The notes under the pieces: generated by a model
Database searches by the model: none
The model's input: only the letters and a program-made list of their open reading frames with translations
What the model was told of the DNA's origin: nothing
Part shown: positions 41,941 through 53,120 of the stretch, piece by piece
How the letters are laid out: each line of letters begins with the position of its first letter
How positions within the stretch are numbered: the stretch's first letter is position 1
DNA from: an uncultured Methanoregulaceae archaeon
GTDB taxonomy: Archaea; Halobacteriota; Methanomicrobia; Methanomicrobiales; Methanospirillaceae
Direction: 5' to 3'
DNA length: 64,000 bases
Assembly (NCBI GenBank): GCA_963737635.1
Contig: CAVTTL010000001.1
Location: 1,856,001 to 1,920,000, forward strand
Program-made: the position numbers and the translations under genes

Positions 41941-41995
41941 CGCAGGCAGAAAATCTGCGCAGAAAACAAAAGAGACCTAATCTGATCCTTACTTT

Positions 41996-42241
41996 TTACC
42001 CGAAGAGTTCCTGAAGGATTAACCCCACGTCTCTTTTCTGGTGATCTGCAATATCTTTAAGAATTCTATGGAGAGTACCGACGCGAAGGGGTTTATGCCG
42101 GGGAATCGTTATGTCATGTTTTTTTCCATTTACCCGAACCGAAAGCCGCTGGTGACTCCCGGTCTGATGATCGATACTATACCCATACCTATGAAGAAGA
42201 TGGGCAAGTTCGTCGCCGTCGATATTTCTGGGCAGTTTCAT
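41996..42241 (-). CDS. HicA family toxin
   Basis: MKLPR...GY...QTGSH...ITIPRH..LRVGTLHRIL. Confidence 0.9.
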   Translation of the reverse strand: MKLPRNIDGDELAHLLHRYGYSIDHQTGSHQRLSVRVNGKKHDITIPRHKPLRVGTLHRILKDIADHQKRDVGLILQELFG

Positions 42242-42459
42242 ACTGCCATCAGTTCCTCTTTTACCAGGTGAAGCCGGATGAGGGCAGGCCTATCTTTAGT
42301 GGTAAAATGGCAGGATACTGCATCATGAACCATCTCCTTAAGTTCTTCAAAGGTATCTGCCTCCGTGAAGATAGAATGATTTAATGACCGTGCTTCATAT
42401 CCTCCTTCCGGAGATTCTTCGACAATAAAAATAATTTCGTTGGTCTTATCAATCCCCAT
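42238..42459 (-). CDS. HicB-like antitoxin
   Basis: EIIFIVEESPEGGYEAR..IFTEADTFEEL; ATGA overlap with hicA. Confidence 0.8.
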   Translation of the reverse strand: MGIDKTNEIIFIVEESPEGGYEARSLNHSIFTEADTFEELKEMVHDAVSCHFTTKDRPALIRLHLVKEELMAV

Positions 42460-42572
42460 AAAAATTCCTTTATTACATATATCGTGGTCTGGGTCATCAA
42501 CTTTTCAGTGGCGCACCTTTAGTACCCGGACATTTTCGTCCGATGATTGCTCCAGCCGGTCTATCCTGGGGA

Positions 42573-42977
42573 TCACCCGAACAGAAGCCCTCCTGCCTCT
42601 TCTACGAACACTTCGATATCCTTTTTGATGAACCTCCCATGGATACGTTTCGGGAACTCCTCCCGCAGACGGTTGATGAGATCTATCGGATCGATTTTCA
42701 GGTCCATGCCTATTTTTTTGGCCTCCTCAACAATGAAAGGGGCCGAATCGAAGAGGTCAGATCCCTCGTTGAGGACGCAGAGAGGGCGGGCATCCAAGGT
42801 GTAAAAAAGATCCATGGTCTGTTTCGCACGCCGTACATTCTTTTTTGCCGATTTTTCTATGCTGCAGACGTTTGCTTTTGAGGTATGGAACATATCCGCT
42901 ATCTGCTGCTGTGTCATCCCGTTCTTCCGGTATCTCAGTACTTCCAGTTGCCGGTCGGTAAACAGACTTTCTCCCAT
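42573..42977 (-). CDS. Tfx family DNA-binding protein
   Basis: LFTDRQLEVLRYRKNGMTQQQIA...TSKANVCSIEKSA HTH plus a Tfx-like C-terminal domain; GGTGA SD. Confidence 0.88.
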   Translation of the reverse strand: MGESLFTDRQLEVLRYRKNGMTQQQIADMFHTSKANVCSIEKSAKKNVRRAKQTMDLFYTLDARPLCVLNEGSDLFDSAPFIVEEAKKIGMDLKIDPIDLINRLREEFPKRIHGRFIKKDIEVFVEEAGGLLFG

Positions 42978-43071
42978 TAATTTTCACCTGAATATAAATT
43001 GATTATGTTGACACTAAATTAATATATGCGTGCTGACATGCTGGCGAAGTGTCCACGAAAATCAAAGAGAT

Positions 43072-43323
43072 TCACGATTGGTTATAATACCGAATCCCTT
43101 CGGCAGTGAGGAGGTAACTATTGCTTATCCCTTCAGGTGCCGGTTTTTCATTTACAATGAAACCGGATTTTAGTAATTCTTTCAGGTTTTCGACAAGATC
43201 CCTGACATCCATGTCGGAAAAAGTACCATGGATTGCGCCAATGGTGACAGGAACGGTACGGTCTCCCCCGCTTAATTCAACGATGGTTCGTAAAACCTTT
43301 TCCTGTTCGCTGGATAGTATCAT
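43072..43323 (-). CDS. small winged-helix protein
   Basis: LSSEQEKVLRTI...LKELLKSGFI...YLLTAEG. Confidence 0.7.
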   Translation of the reverse strand: MILSSEQEKVLRTIVELSGGDRTVPVTIGAIHGTFSDMDVRDLVENLKELLKSGFIVNEKPAPEGISNSYLLTAEGIRYYNQS

Positions 43324-43372
43324 AATGCACGTTCTTTCCTTCGCTATCGGTTGTAACAGAGATACATTCCGG

Positions 43373-43810
43373 TTATCCTTGCAGGAACGGGTTCTTCACG
43401 ACCAGTCCGGCGATTTTTGAGAAATGGGCATCTTCAGACCAGATCGTATCTATCCCCTGTTCCTGCATGGTTGCAACAAGGAGAGCGTCCCAGAAATGAA
43501 TGTGAGCGGCCCGGGAAATCCCGATCGCCCGGGTCACCGTACCGGCATCGTAGCGGACGACCGTCCAGCCGTCAAATGCGATGATGTCCTCGATGAACCG
43601 GGTAATAATATCATCCGGCAGCGGGTTTTCCATCTTTTCTCTTGTTACCACGGCAAATTCAGCAAGGTTTTGGACCGAGACTACGAGCGTTTCCTCGTTT
43701 TGGAAAACCCGTTCCAGAAGTCTGCGTGCTGCCGCCCGCTTGTCGGGTTCGCTGATATCGAACGCGTAGCAGAGGATATTCGTATCCACGAGCGCGGGTT
43801 TACCGGTCAT
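43373..43810 (-). CDS. PIN-domain (VapC) toxin
   Basis: LVDTNILCYA, QNLAEF, HFWDALL, WSED. Confidence 0.9.
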   Translation of the reverse strand: MTGKPALVDTNILCYAFDISEPDKRAAARRLLERVFQNEETLVVSVQNLAEFAVVTREKMENPLPDDIITRFIEDIIAFDGWTVVRYDAGTVTRAIGISRAAHIHFWDALLVATMQEQGIDTIWSEDAHFSKIAGLVVKNPFLQG

Positions 43811-44039
43811 AGAGATCCTTTCGTTGAGAATAGCGACGTTTCCCAAAATTGTGCCCGGTATCCAGGAGGGCTAGGGCATCCTGCGCGATCTCTTCCTGCG
43901 TCTCGTGATGCATCCAGAATTCAAGAGCCTGCGTAGTGGCTTCCCCAAGAGATCCTTTTCTCCCGCCCATTTTTTTCCGGACGAGTTTCCGGAATTTTTC
44001 TTCAGTGGAGTTCTCGATGGTGAGAGTAATGGTGCCCAT
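43800..44039 (-). CDS. RHH-like antitoxin
   Basis: MGTITLTI...EEKFRK...GSLGEA; overlaps the PIN gene. Confidence 0.8.
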   Translation of the reverse strand: MGTITLTIENSTEEKFRKLVRKKMGGRKGSLGEATTQALEFWMHHETQEEIAQDALALLDTGHNFGKRRYSQRKDLYDR

Positions 44040-44077
44040 AGTATTACGTAGATTTTTTAATTATTTAAATAATTGGT

Positions 44078-44245
44078 TTATCCACGTATATTCATTAATT
44101 CTTTCAGGTGTCCGACGAGATCCCTGACATCCATATTTGAGAATGTACCATGGATTGCGCCAATGGTGACAGGAACGGTGCGGCCTCCTTTGCTTAATTC
44201 AACGATGGTTCGTAAAACCCTTTCCTGATCCATGGTCAATCTCAT
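44078..44245 (-). pseudogene. 3'-truncated copy of the small wHTH gene
   Basis: VLRTIVELS..RTVPVTIGAIHGTFS.MDVRDLV; stops before the wing. Confidence 0.75.
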
Positions 44246-44342
44246 ACATATCACCGGGTGCCGGCTGCTCACTGCTCCCCGTTATCAGGAGACGGATTAT
44301 TGACGTCCTTCGCTGTTGTATGCCAGATGATCAGCGTAAACG

Positions 44343-44543
44343 TCAATCCTTAATCTCCGAGAGTGATACATAGTCCTCTTTTTTCCGGCGGCTCCACTGC
44401 TCCCTATCTTTCTCAAGCCGGTACTTTTTCCGGTCCTCGATCATATCTGCCAAGAGATCTGTGTACGTCTGGCCTGCCGAACGCATCTCCGATACCTCTC
44501 TCCATGCCGGTTCTGTTACCGGGGTCCGCTTTACCGCCACCAT
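44343..44543 (-). CDS. antitoxin (homologue of 54511-54717) followed by a truncated toxin start
   Basis: KRTPV...W...GQTYTDLL...YVSLSEIK; overlapping TTG-TFTLII relic. Confidence 0.7.
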   Translation of the reverse strand: MVAVKRTPVTEPAWREVSEMRSAGQTYTDLLADMIEDRKKYRLEKDREQWSRRKKEDYVSLSEIKD

Positions 44544-44876
44544 GATCGTATTGTAAGCAAGCAAATATGAATAATTTTAGCTCACCACATCCGGATTGTG
44601 AAAGCACATGCCTTCACTTCCACGATCACCCGCGAAAAGTTGTCCGGATACTCAAAAAAGAAACGATTCGTTCTCTCCCGCAATTAATAAATATTTTAAA
44701 GAGGACATATCTCCCAATATTCATCCCTACCCCTCTATACCTGTTCAGGCTGAATGCACCGGAAATCTGGTTTTGAGAACCTTCGGCCCACAATGTCATT
44801 AAAAATTTTAATACTATGATAATTTTTGAACGGGTAATTATACTAACTCATAGCGTACATTCGAATTTGTTAACGT

Positions 44877-44897
44877 TTTGCTATAGTTAATAGCAAA
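44877..44897. promoter_or_regulatory. operator-like palindrome TTTGCTAT-N5-ATAGCAAA
   Basis: Perfect 8-bp inverted repeat in the AT-rich region 58 nt upstream of ATG 44956. Confidence 0.5.
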
Positions 44898-44955
44898 TAG
44901 TTGACACATGCAGAGCGGAGCTCTGCGTGGAAAATGACAAAATGAGGTAAAGAGT

Positions 44956-45912
44956 ATGAAAACAGAAAACGTGAAAAGAAACAGACTATGGGCGATGGCC
45001 GCAATGGTCGTCGTCCTGTTTGTCGCGCTGGCAGCAATGCCGGTGGCGGCACAAGATGCAAACCCGTTGAATCCTCAGAATATCCTGAATATTCCCGTAA
45101 TCAATAAACAGCGGGTCAGCATAAACGAGACAACTGCTCCGGGCACATACTTCTTCGATATAGGGAATAACCTTACCAACGGCGGGCAGAATGCTGTTCA
45201 CGTCACCGATACCAATGCAACACCCAATGGTATCTTTCACAACAGCAGTATCCTGAACCCAAGTGACGTCGACATGCTGAACGGGTCGTTCTATATCTCC
45301 GATACCGGAGGGAAAGGTTACGAGGACGAGGCGATCCTTCTCATTGCAGCGAGCGATGTGGACCCCGATACCTTCTCGATCCATATCAAATCCGAGGGCT
45401 ACAAATTTACCGATCACGCACCCAACTCGCCACCCATTTATCCGAATCAAACAGGAACATTTAACCCCGATGCCTATGAAAATACATTCCACCTGAGTGA
45501 TGCCATAAACGGCAACTCTGATGGCGCAAATCCTCCAGATGCAGCATTGCAGAACTGGAAATGGTCGACATCATCCAGCGACAACGTTAACGAAAAGTTG
45601 TTCTACGAAGAGAATCTGGGATCGGAAGACGATTATAACATGATCCTGGCCGATCTCAACACCAGCATTGTGGGCACCGCGGCCCCCACCGGAGGTGGCA
45701 ATGCATCCTACCGGAATCTCCTGACATACAACGGTAACCCGAAGATCACGTACAATATCACCGGACTCGGGGACACTGGGCGGGTAGCCTTTATACCCTA
45801 TGCCTATGTTGCTTACCAGACGGGAGGCGGAAGCTACTTTAACGAGACGGTTGGCTGGACAGACCGGGCATCGGGAGATTACTGGGTCGTGAACGCCACA
45901 CCACTCGTATAG
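44956..45912 (+). CDS. secreted protein consisting of one divergent YGPQxW-family domain, no anchor
   Basis: Signal peptide ending PVAA; GGQNAVH...GSFYISDTGGKGYEDEAILL...QNWK...MILADL; no C-terminal TM. Confidence 0.85.
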   Translation: MKTENVKRNRLWAMAAMVVVLFVALAAMPVAAQDANPLNPQNILNIPVINKQRVSINETTAPGTYFFDIGNNLTNGGQNAVHVTDTNATPNGIFHNSSILNPSDVDMLNGSFYISDTGGKGYEDEAILLIAASDVDPDTFSIHIKSEGYKFTDHAPNSPPIYPNQTGTFNPDAYENTFHLSDAINGNSDGANPPDAALQNWKWSTSSSDNVNEKLFYEENLGSEDDYNMILADLNTSIVGTAAPTGGGNASYRNLLTYNGNPKITYNITGLGDTGRVAFIPYAYVAYQTGGGSYFNETVGWTDRASGDYWVVNATPLV

Positions 45913-46264
45913 AAATACAAGGAGATCCCTCCAATTGCGTATCATCCCGCCATATCCCGGGAAAATCTCTCTTTTTTCCCCGGAAACCGGGCCAATAACC
46001 TACCTGAAAAGATTTTGCCTGATTTCTTTCTTCGAAGAGTGAAACCTGAGCGGAACATTCCTCTTCCAATCATGCTCTCTCATTCTTTGAACTTTTTTTT
46101 AACCTCATCCACCTTGAACGCATTCTGCACTGATTATCCGAGGAGAGAAAACGTCCCCAACCTACTGTGTGTCACTCTGGCCCCGCTGGATAACAAAAAC
46201 CATTACATTCAGGCAAAAGTAAATAAAAATATTTTTACGATCTGGTGGTGATAGTACATAGTTT

Positions 46265-49200
46265 ATGCAGGTCATCCGCCGTTTCCCTCCTCTGTCCCTC
46301 ATCTTGGTCATTCTGGGTATTCTTGTTCTTCTGGTATCTCCAGTTGCAGCGGGGCTCATATTGCCAACTGATAACAGCAACGTGAACCAGAACTCGATTC
46401 ACGAAAAGATGCTCCAGCTGCCGCTCTCGTTCATCCAGAATGCGGGACAGGCACCGGGTGCAGTGAAATACTCCGTGCAGGCCGAAGGCAACACAATCTC
46501 GTTCACGCCGAATAAGATTGTCCTCATCGCATCGGGCGAGAAGAACTATGCCGCGGCCAACTCGCAGGTCACCATGACCTTCCCCGGCGCAAACACCGCG
46601 CCTACGATAACGGGACTCGACCGGCTTACCGGCAACGCGAACTATTTTGTCGGCAACGACAAATCGCAGTGGCGCACGGATGTCCCGACCTATGGGGCCA
46701 TCCAGTACACGAGCCTGTACCCGGGCATCGATCTCCAGTACAAGGGAACGGAAGGCAACCTGAAGCGCCAGTTCGTGGTGGCGCCCGGCGCGGATCCATC
46801 CCACATCGTGATGGCCTATGACGGGATCCAGTCCATGAGTATCTCACCTGACGGCTCGCTGGAGCTGACCACTTCTTTAGGAGTGCTTACTGACCAGGCA
46901 CCGGTTGCGTACCAGGAAATAAACGGGGTCAACGTCCCGGTCACGGCAGGATACCAGATCGTGGGAGACAACAAGGTCAGGTTCACGCTCGGGAACTATA
47001 ATCCGGAATACCCGCTCGTCATCGACCCGTGGCTGAGTTATTCGACATACCTAACTGGATCCGCCACAAGTTCGCAGTTGTATGGGGTAGCCCACGATAC
47101 TGAAGGGAACATTGTTGTTGCCGGGTATGCAGTTGCCGGTTATCCCACGACGTTGGGTGCATATCAGATTGCCAATGCTGGTGGTTCGGATATAATTGTC
47201 ACGAAGATTACTCCTGATGGATCAGGTATTCTCTTTTCCACCTTTATCGGAGGGTCCAGTACAGAGACGTGTTACGGGATGGCGCTTGATCCTTCAGGAA
47301 ATATCTATGTCACCGGCTCGACGAAATCCAGCAATTTCCCTCATGTGAATGCTTTCCAGCCCTCAGAAAATGGAACAACGCAGGATGCCTTTGTCACAAA
47401 ATTGGCCCCAACAGGAAATTTTCTTGTTTATTCCACATATCTGGGTGGCTCGTCGACTTACGATGCCGGGTACGGCATTGCTGCAGATGCTGCGGGAAAC
47501 GCCTACGTAACCGGGGAAACAACGAGTGGTTTTCCGGCTGTGAACGCTTCACAAGGCGCAGGGGGCAGTTACGATGCATTTGTGGCAAAGTTCAATCCTA
47601 CCGGGGGAGTGGTCTATTCGACTAATCTTGGGGGATCGGGTACCGAAGACTTCGAATCCACGGTATGCCGTAGTAGCTGATTCGGCGGGGAATGCGTATG
47701 TTGTCGGAAGTACCCAATCGACCAACTTCCCGGTAACAGCCGGTGCCTACCAGACGACTTTTAGCGGCGGCACTAGTGGGGATGGCTATCTTGTAAAATA
47801 CGATCCGGTAGGAACAAAACTCTATGCCACCTTTATCGGAGGTAGCGCACGGGTATATATCCAGTCGCTGGCAATTGACTCCGCCGGATCGCTCTATATC
47901 AGCGGAGAGACGACAGGTCAGATCAACACAACATTGGGTGCAATGAATCCAACGTATCTGTCTGGTGATACGGCGGAAGGCTTTTTAATGAAGATGAATG
48001 CCTCCCTCGAATCGCTGGATTACTCGACCCTCTATGATCAGCAGGCCGGCTCCTATGCGGACGATGGGGGACAAAGCATTGCCGTGGATTCATCAGGAGA
48101 CGCATACGTCGCGGGGTATACCGGTAAAACGGCATTCCCGGTAATTAACTGCAATTTCGGACTTACCGGAACCGGAAGCACCTCGAACTTTGCCGGATAT
48201 GTATTCAAGATGAATCCCACGGGCTCCGCATTCCTCTGGTCATCCTATCTGGGGGGCAGCAGCACAAAACCCGAAGGGATCACGATTGACGGGATGGGTA
48301 ATGTCACCATTGCCCGGCTTTACCACATCGTCATCATTCCCGCTGGTCAACGCACTTAATGCGACATACACCGGTGGCACTTCCAACAACGGGTTCATCT
48401 CCACGGTAACGGAAACTACTCCCGCGGTAGGTTTTACCGCCACGAATCTCTCCGGCCCCGCTCCTCTTACCGTGTCCTTCACGAACAGCGTGGTTGATCC
48501 GGCAAATTCGTGGAACTGGGACTTCGGGGATGGCGCCACCTCAACCAGCCAGAGCCCGGTCCATATCTACACCAATGCCACACCTGCCAACTACACCGTC
48601 TCCCTTACGGGGACGAACTCTTATGGCAGCCATACGGTTACAATGACCAATTATATCCAGATAACTCCACCTCTACCGGTTGTCAGTTTCACCGCGAACA
48701 GGACCTATGTTGAGGCTCCCGGTACAGTCCAGTTCAATGACACCTCAACCGGATCCCCCACCTCATGGCTCTGGAATTTCGGGGACGGCACCAACTCCAC
48801 CTTGCAGAATACTACACATACTTACAATAACCTGGGAACGTACAACGTCTCGTTTAAGGCAAGCAATGTCGGTGGGTCCAACACGACCAACATGACGATC
48901 ACCGTCCTGGACACTCCTTCCCAGCCGATCTCCGCGTCCGATTACGTCAATGTATACGTGGCAAATACTGAAGGTGTGAAATACGACGTGCCCAACGGTG
49001 TTTCGGCATCAAACGCAACCTATCCCTACGAACCGAATACGTACTACCTCGACCTCGAGGGCGGCCTCAACCCGTTCCACATGTCGTCGCTGAGCAATGG
49101 GATGTCAGCGGCAGACACCAACATCACCACGAGCCAGTCCGGCTCGTTCTGGATCACGTTCAACGGCGGCCAGACGACGATGCCGGACGCGATCCTGATG

Positions 49201-52200
49201 CTGGCGGTCAATGGGAGTATCCCGAACGACTTCGCGGTCAATATTCAGTCAAGCGGTCAGACCTTTGATGTGGGAACCCCGTCAACCACGAACCAGTACC
49301 AGAGTGGACCGCCGGCAGTCTCGACTTTTGTGCCGGTAGGCATCAACGAGTCCTTCAACAAGAGCGATTTTATCTACGGCCCCCAGGGCTGGAAACCCTG
49401 CAGCACCTCCGGCTACCCCCTGAATCCTGCCAATACGAACATTAACGATCCCACCAACCAGTTCCGGATCATGTTCATCGATCTCCGGGTAGGGGCGATC
49501 CAGAACTCATCCCTGCCGGACAACGGCATGATCCAGGTCCAGTACAACTTCACGAACCTCACCAGCACCGCGGTCTTCAACGGCTATGGCTGGTACATGC
49601 AATGCAACCATGGGACCGGCGCGCCCATGACCAACGCGATCCCGGGCGGCGGCGGCGTGATCGTCTATGGCATCGCAGCACCGCCGGTCGCAAGTTTCAC
49701 GGCGAACACCACGGCCGCATATGCCCTCGCCGGGATCCAGTTCACAGACACATCGACCAACATCCCGCAATCATGGCTGTGGAACTTCGGGGACGGGACT
49801 AACTCCACCCAACAGAACCCGGTCCACGCGTACAGCAGCGCAGGTGTCTATAACGTGTCACTCACCGTATCAAACTTCCTGGGTAACAACACCGCGACGC
49901 AGACCAATTACATCACGGTGACCATTCCCCCGGCGCCGGTCGCCGGGTTTACTGCAAGTGCAACCACCGGGCCCGCACCCTTAACCGTCCAGTTCAGCGA
50001 TACATCGACAAATTACCCGATATCGTGGCTCTGGAACTTTGGGGACGGTACCACCTCGACCAGCGAAAACCCCTCGCACACGTATACGACGACCGGAAAT
50101 TTCCCGGTAAGCCTCACTATAATGAACGCCGGGGGGAACAGCAGCATCCAGATGCCGGGAGGCATCACGGTGTATACCTCCGGGGCACCCATTGCGAGCT
50201 TCACGGCGACCCCGGTGAACGGTGTCGCACCGCTTGCCGTCCAGTTCCTCGATACCTCAACCGGTTCCCCGACATCATGGTTGTGGAACTTCGGGGATGG
50301 CACTACCTCGACCAGCGAGAATCCCTCGCATACCTACACCTCAGCAGGCACGTACACGGTCAATCTTACTGCAACCAACAGCGCGGGAAGCACCAGTCTC
50401 ACCCGGACCGGGCTCGTGTACGCCGCTGCATCGACCGGCGCTCTTCCGACCTACAGTGGTATCTATATCCGGGCCGCGAACCATGAGGGCATCCTCTATA
50501 ATACCAACAGCAACGGGACGTATTACGCCAATTCCGGTTCGTCAGGAGGAGGCCTGAATGTAATCCACGTATCGACGGACCCGACAGTGAACACCGGCCA
50601 GGTCACCGTCTCCCGGAGCCTGTCCGGGACCATCTATGCCACCAGTTCCGGGACCTATGCCGATGATGCAATTCTCATGCTTGCGGTCAACGGGACCATC
50701 CCCAATGACTTCTCGGCTCACATTACCACCAGCGGGTACATCTGGACACCCGCGGGTTCGACACCGGCATCCGGGAGCATCACGTACCAGTCGCCGGCCT
50801 TAAGCGAGACCTTTACGAAGAACGACCTCTTCTATGGACCCCAGAACTGGAAACCCACAGAGGGCAATGCGAACTACCCGCTCTTCTCTGGCGAGGACAT
50901 GAACAGTTCGGCAAACCAGTACCAGCTCGCGTTCATTGACCTCAGGGCCGGCATCCCGGGGACCAGTTATCCCGGCTATTCCAGCCTCACGAACCAGGGC
51001 GCAGTGCGGATCGACTACCGTTTCAATGACCTGCCCAGCTTTGCAGCCTTCAACATCTATGGATGGAAGAGCGGTACGGGCATGGGCTGGACCAACCAGC
51101 TGCACCGGTACCGGGAGCAGCGGGTACTCGGTCATCACACCCACAATCACGATACCCCCGGTCGCCGGGTTCACCGTGAGCCAGTCAACAGGCCTTGCGC
51201 CAGTCAACATCCAGTTCACAGACAGCTCGGCGAATACCCCCACAAGCTGGCTGTGGAACTTCGGCGACGGTAGTACATCGACTGTCGAGAACCCGGTCCA
51301 CACTTTCAACTCATCCGGTACCTACACCGTTTCATTGACGGCAACAAACGCCGCCGGAAACTCTACGAGCACTCAGGCCGGTGAGGTCACGGTCAGCGCG
51401 CCGGTCGTGACCACCAACTGTTGCACGTTCACCGGTATCCAAACGATAACAGCCGGCAGTACCCAGAGCGTTATTGTCAATACAACCGGAACCACCACAA
51501 TCACTGCCGGGAACTTCATCAACATGACCGGCATGGGCGGCAGCTGGAGCAACCTCTCGATCGCACTCACAAGCCCGCCGGTAACCAGCGGGTCGAACCT
51601 GAGCGGCACCGTCAGCAGCGTCCAGGCGGTCACCCAGCCGGTAACGGTCCCGATCACCTCGCTGGGCAACCCGAACGTCTCCGTCTCCCTGAACCTTGCC
51701 CAGATCCCCGGGTCGACTGCCGCCATTACCAGTACCATCACGTCCGATCCCAATACCACGGTTCAGAGTAACTTCACGCTCGCTGCAACCGCTGCCAGCG
51801 ACCAGATCGTTGCCACTGCATACACGGTAACCTTCACCAAGTCCGGTATCGCAAATGCGGCAAACGGCGGGATCATCTCAAGCGCAACGATCACCATGGC
51901 AGCCAGTCCCACATGGGTGGCCGCAAACGGCGGTACCTCTGCGATGGTCATCATGCACCAGGCTGACGATGGCACGACAACCATTCTCACGACACAGTTT
52001 GCCGGCACCGATGCCAGCGGTAACGACGTCTTTACCGCGGTCTCGCCAACCGGTCTCTCGACTTTCATCCTGACCGCAATCTCGCCGCTCTCGTCGACAA
52101 GCACCGGGTTCACGTCCGGGTTCGGCTCCTCCGAATCGGGAGGGTCCCTGAATCCGACCTCGTTCACCCTGACTGCACCCGGTACCGGGCCCGGCCAGAC

Positions 52201-52935
52201 CATGAACTTTGCCGTTAACGAAGCTCTCAACGGCAACCTGAACTACGGCATCAGCGCCGTTTCGATCGTCCCGTCCAAGGCTCTCGGCTCGACGCAACTG
52301 AATGTGGGTGACGCAGGGATGGCCATCGCATCGGCGCTTACCGGCCGGCAGATTGCCGGTGTGGTATCGATTGAACCGGTCGGGGTCAACCCATCATCCA
52401 TCGATCACGGCACCATCACGTTCGCACTGAACGGTGCCTGGCTGACGACACACTCCCTGACACCGGCTGATATCGTGATGCTCCGGGATGTGAACGGCCA
52501 GTGGACTGAACTCCCCACCAGTTTCTCGACCCAGAGCGGCAGTACTTATACCTTCACCGCGACAACACCGGGCTTCTCGTACTTCGCCATCGCAGGCCGG
52601 GTTCCCTCAGCGGCAGCCGCCACACCGGCTACAACCACGTCATCCCTCCAGTCTGCTGCTCCGGGATCAGCGTATACCGGTACCAACGACGACCTTCCTC
52701 TACCCGGTAAAAACACAACAGACGACCGCTATCCCGGTGGCCATGCAGGCGTCTTCAGTGACCGCAAAACCGGCTGCAACGACCGGGATGAATTCCCTGA
52801 TCATCATCGCCGGAGGAATCGCCGGGATAGCTCTGATCGCCGCCGGCATAGCGCTAATTGCCGCCGGCGGGCTTCTCGTCCGGCGCTGGTGGATCCGCCG
52901 GGCAGAACCCGGCCCTGTTCCGGAAATACGATTAA
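46265..52935 (+). CDS. giant surface protein (~2200 aa): SBBP beta-propeller, six PKD, two YGPQxW domains, PGF-pre-PGF, TM anchor (five frameshifts)
   Basis: ORFs 46265, 47574, 48286, 50936 and 52737 join through +1 shifts near 47652, 48313, 51104, 52670 and 52901. YSTYLGGS repeats, [14 protein letters not shown]; repaired end [17 protein letters not shown]. Confidence 0.85.
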
Positions 52936-52946
52936 TTCTTTTTTTT
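52936..52946 (+). terminator. oligo-T archaeal terminator
   Basis: TTCTTTTTTTT immediately after the repaired stop codon. Confidence 0.5.
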
Positions 52947-53120
52947 AAATTTGTACTGCCGCTGCCCTGTCTAACCGTGCCAAACGGCAGGATTATCGCA
53001 AAGGAACCGATCAAAGGACTGCACTGCATCATTATGTTCCCAGAAAAATCAAACCATTTTTTTCCCCGACCGGCAGGATTATATCATGATCAGGAGAATC
53101 ATTAGTACTAAGAGTCTGAT

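Larger units (their letters stand above)
43174..44245. repeat. two ~150-bp direct repeats (43174-43323 and 44096-44245) bracketing a TA pair
   Basis: Shared blocks such as GTACCATGGATTGCGCCAATGGTGACAGGAACGGT and GCTTAATTCAACGATGGTTCGTAAAACC. Confidence 0.9.

Noticed and set aside
46265-52935. Programmed frameshifting or phase variation in the giant gene
   Set aside because: The break sites share no slippery heptamer or long homopolymer, and five shifts would be needed.
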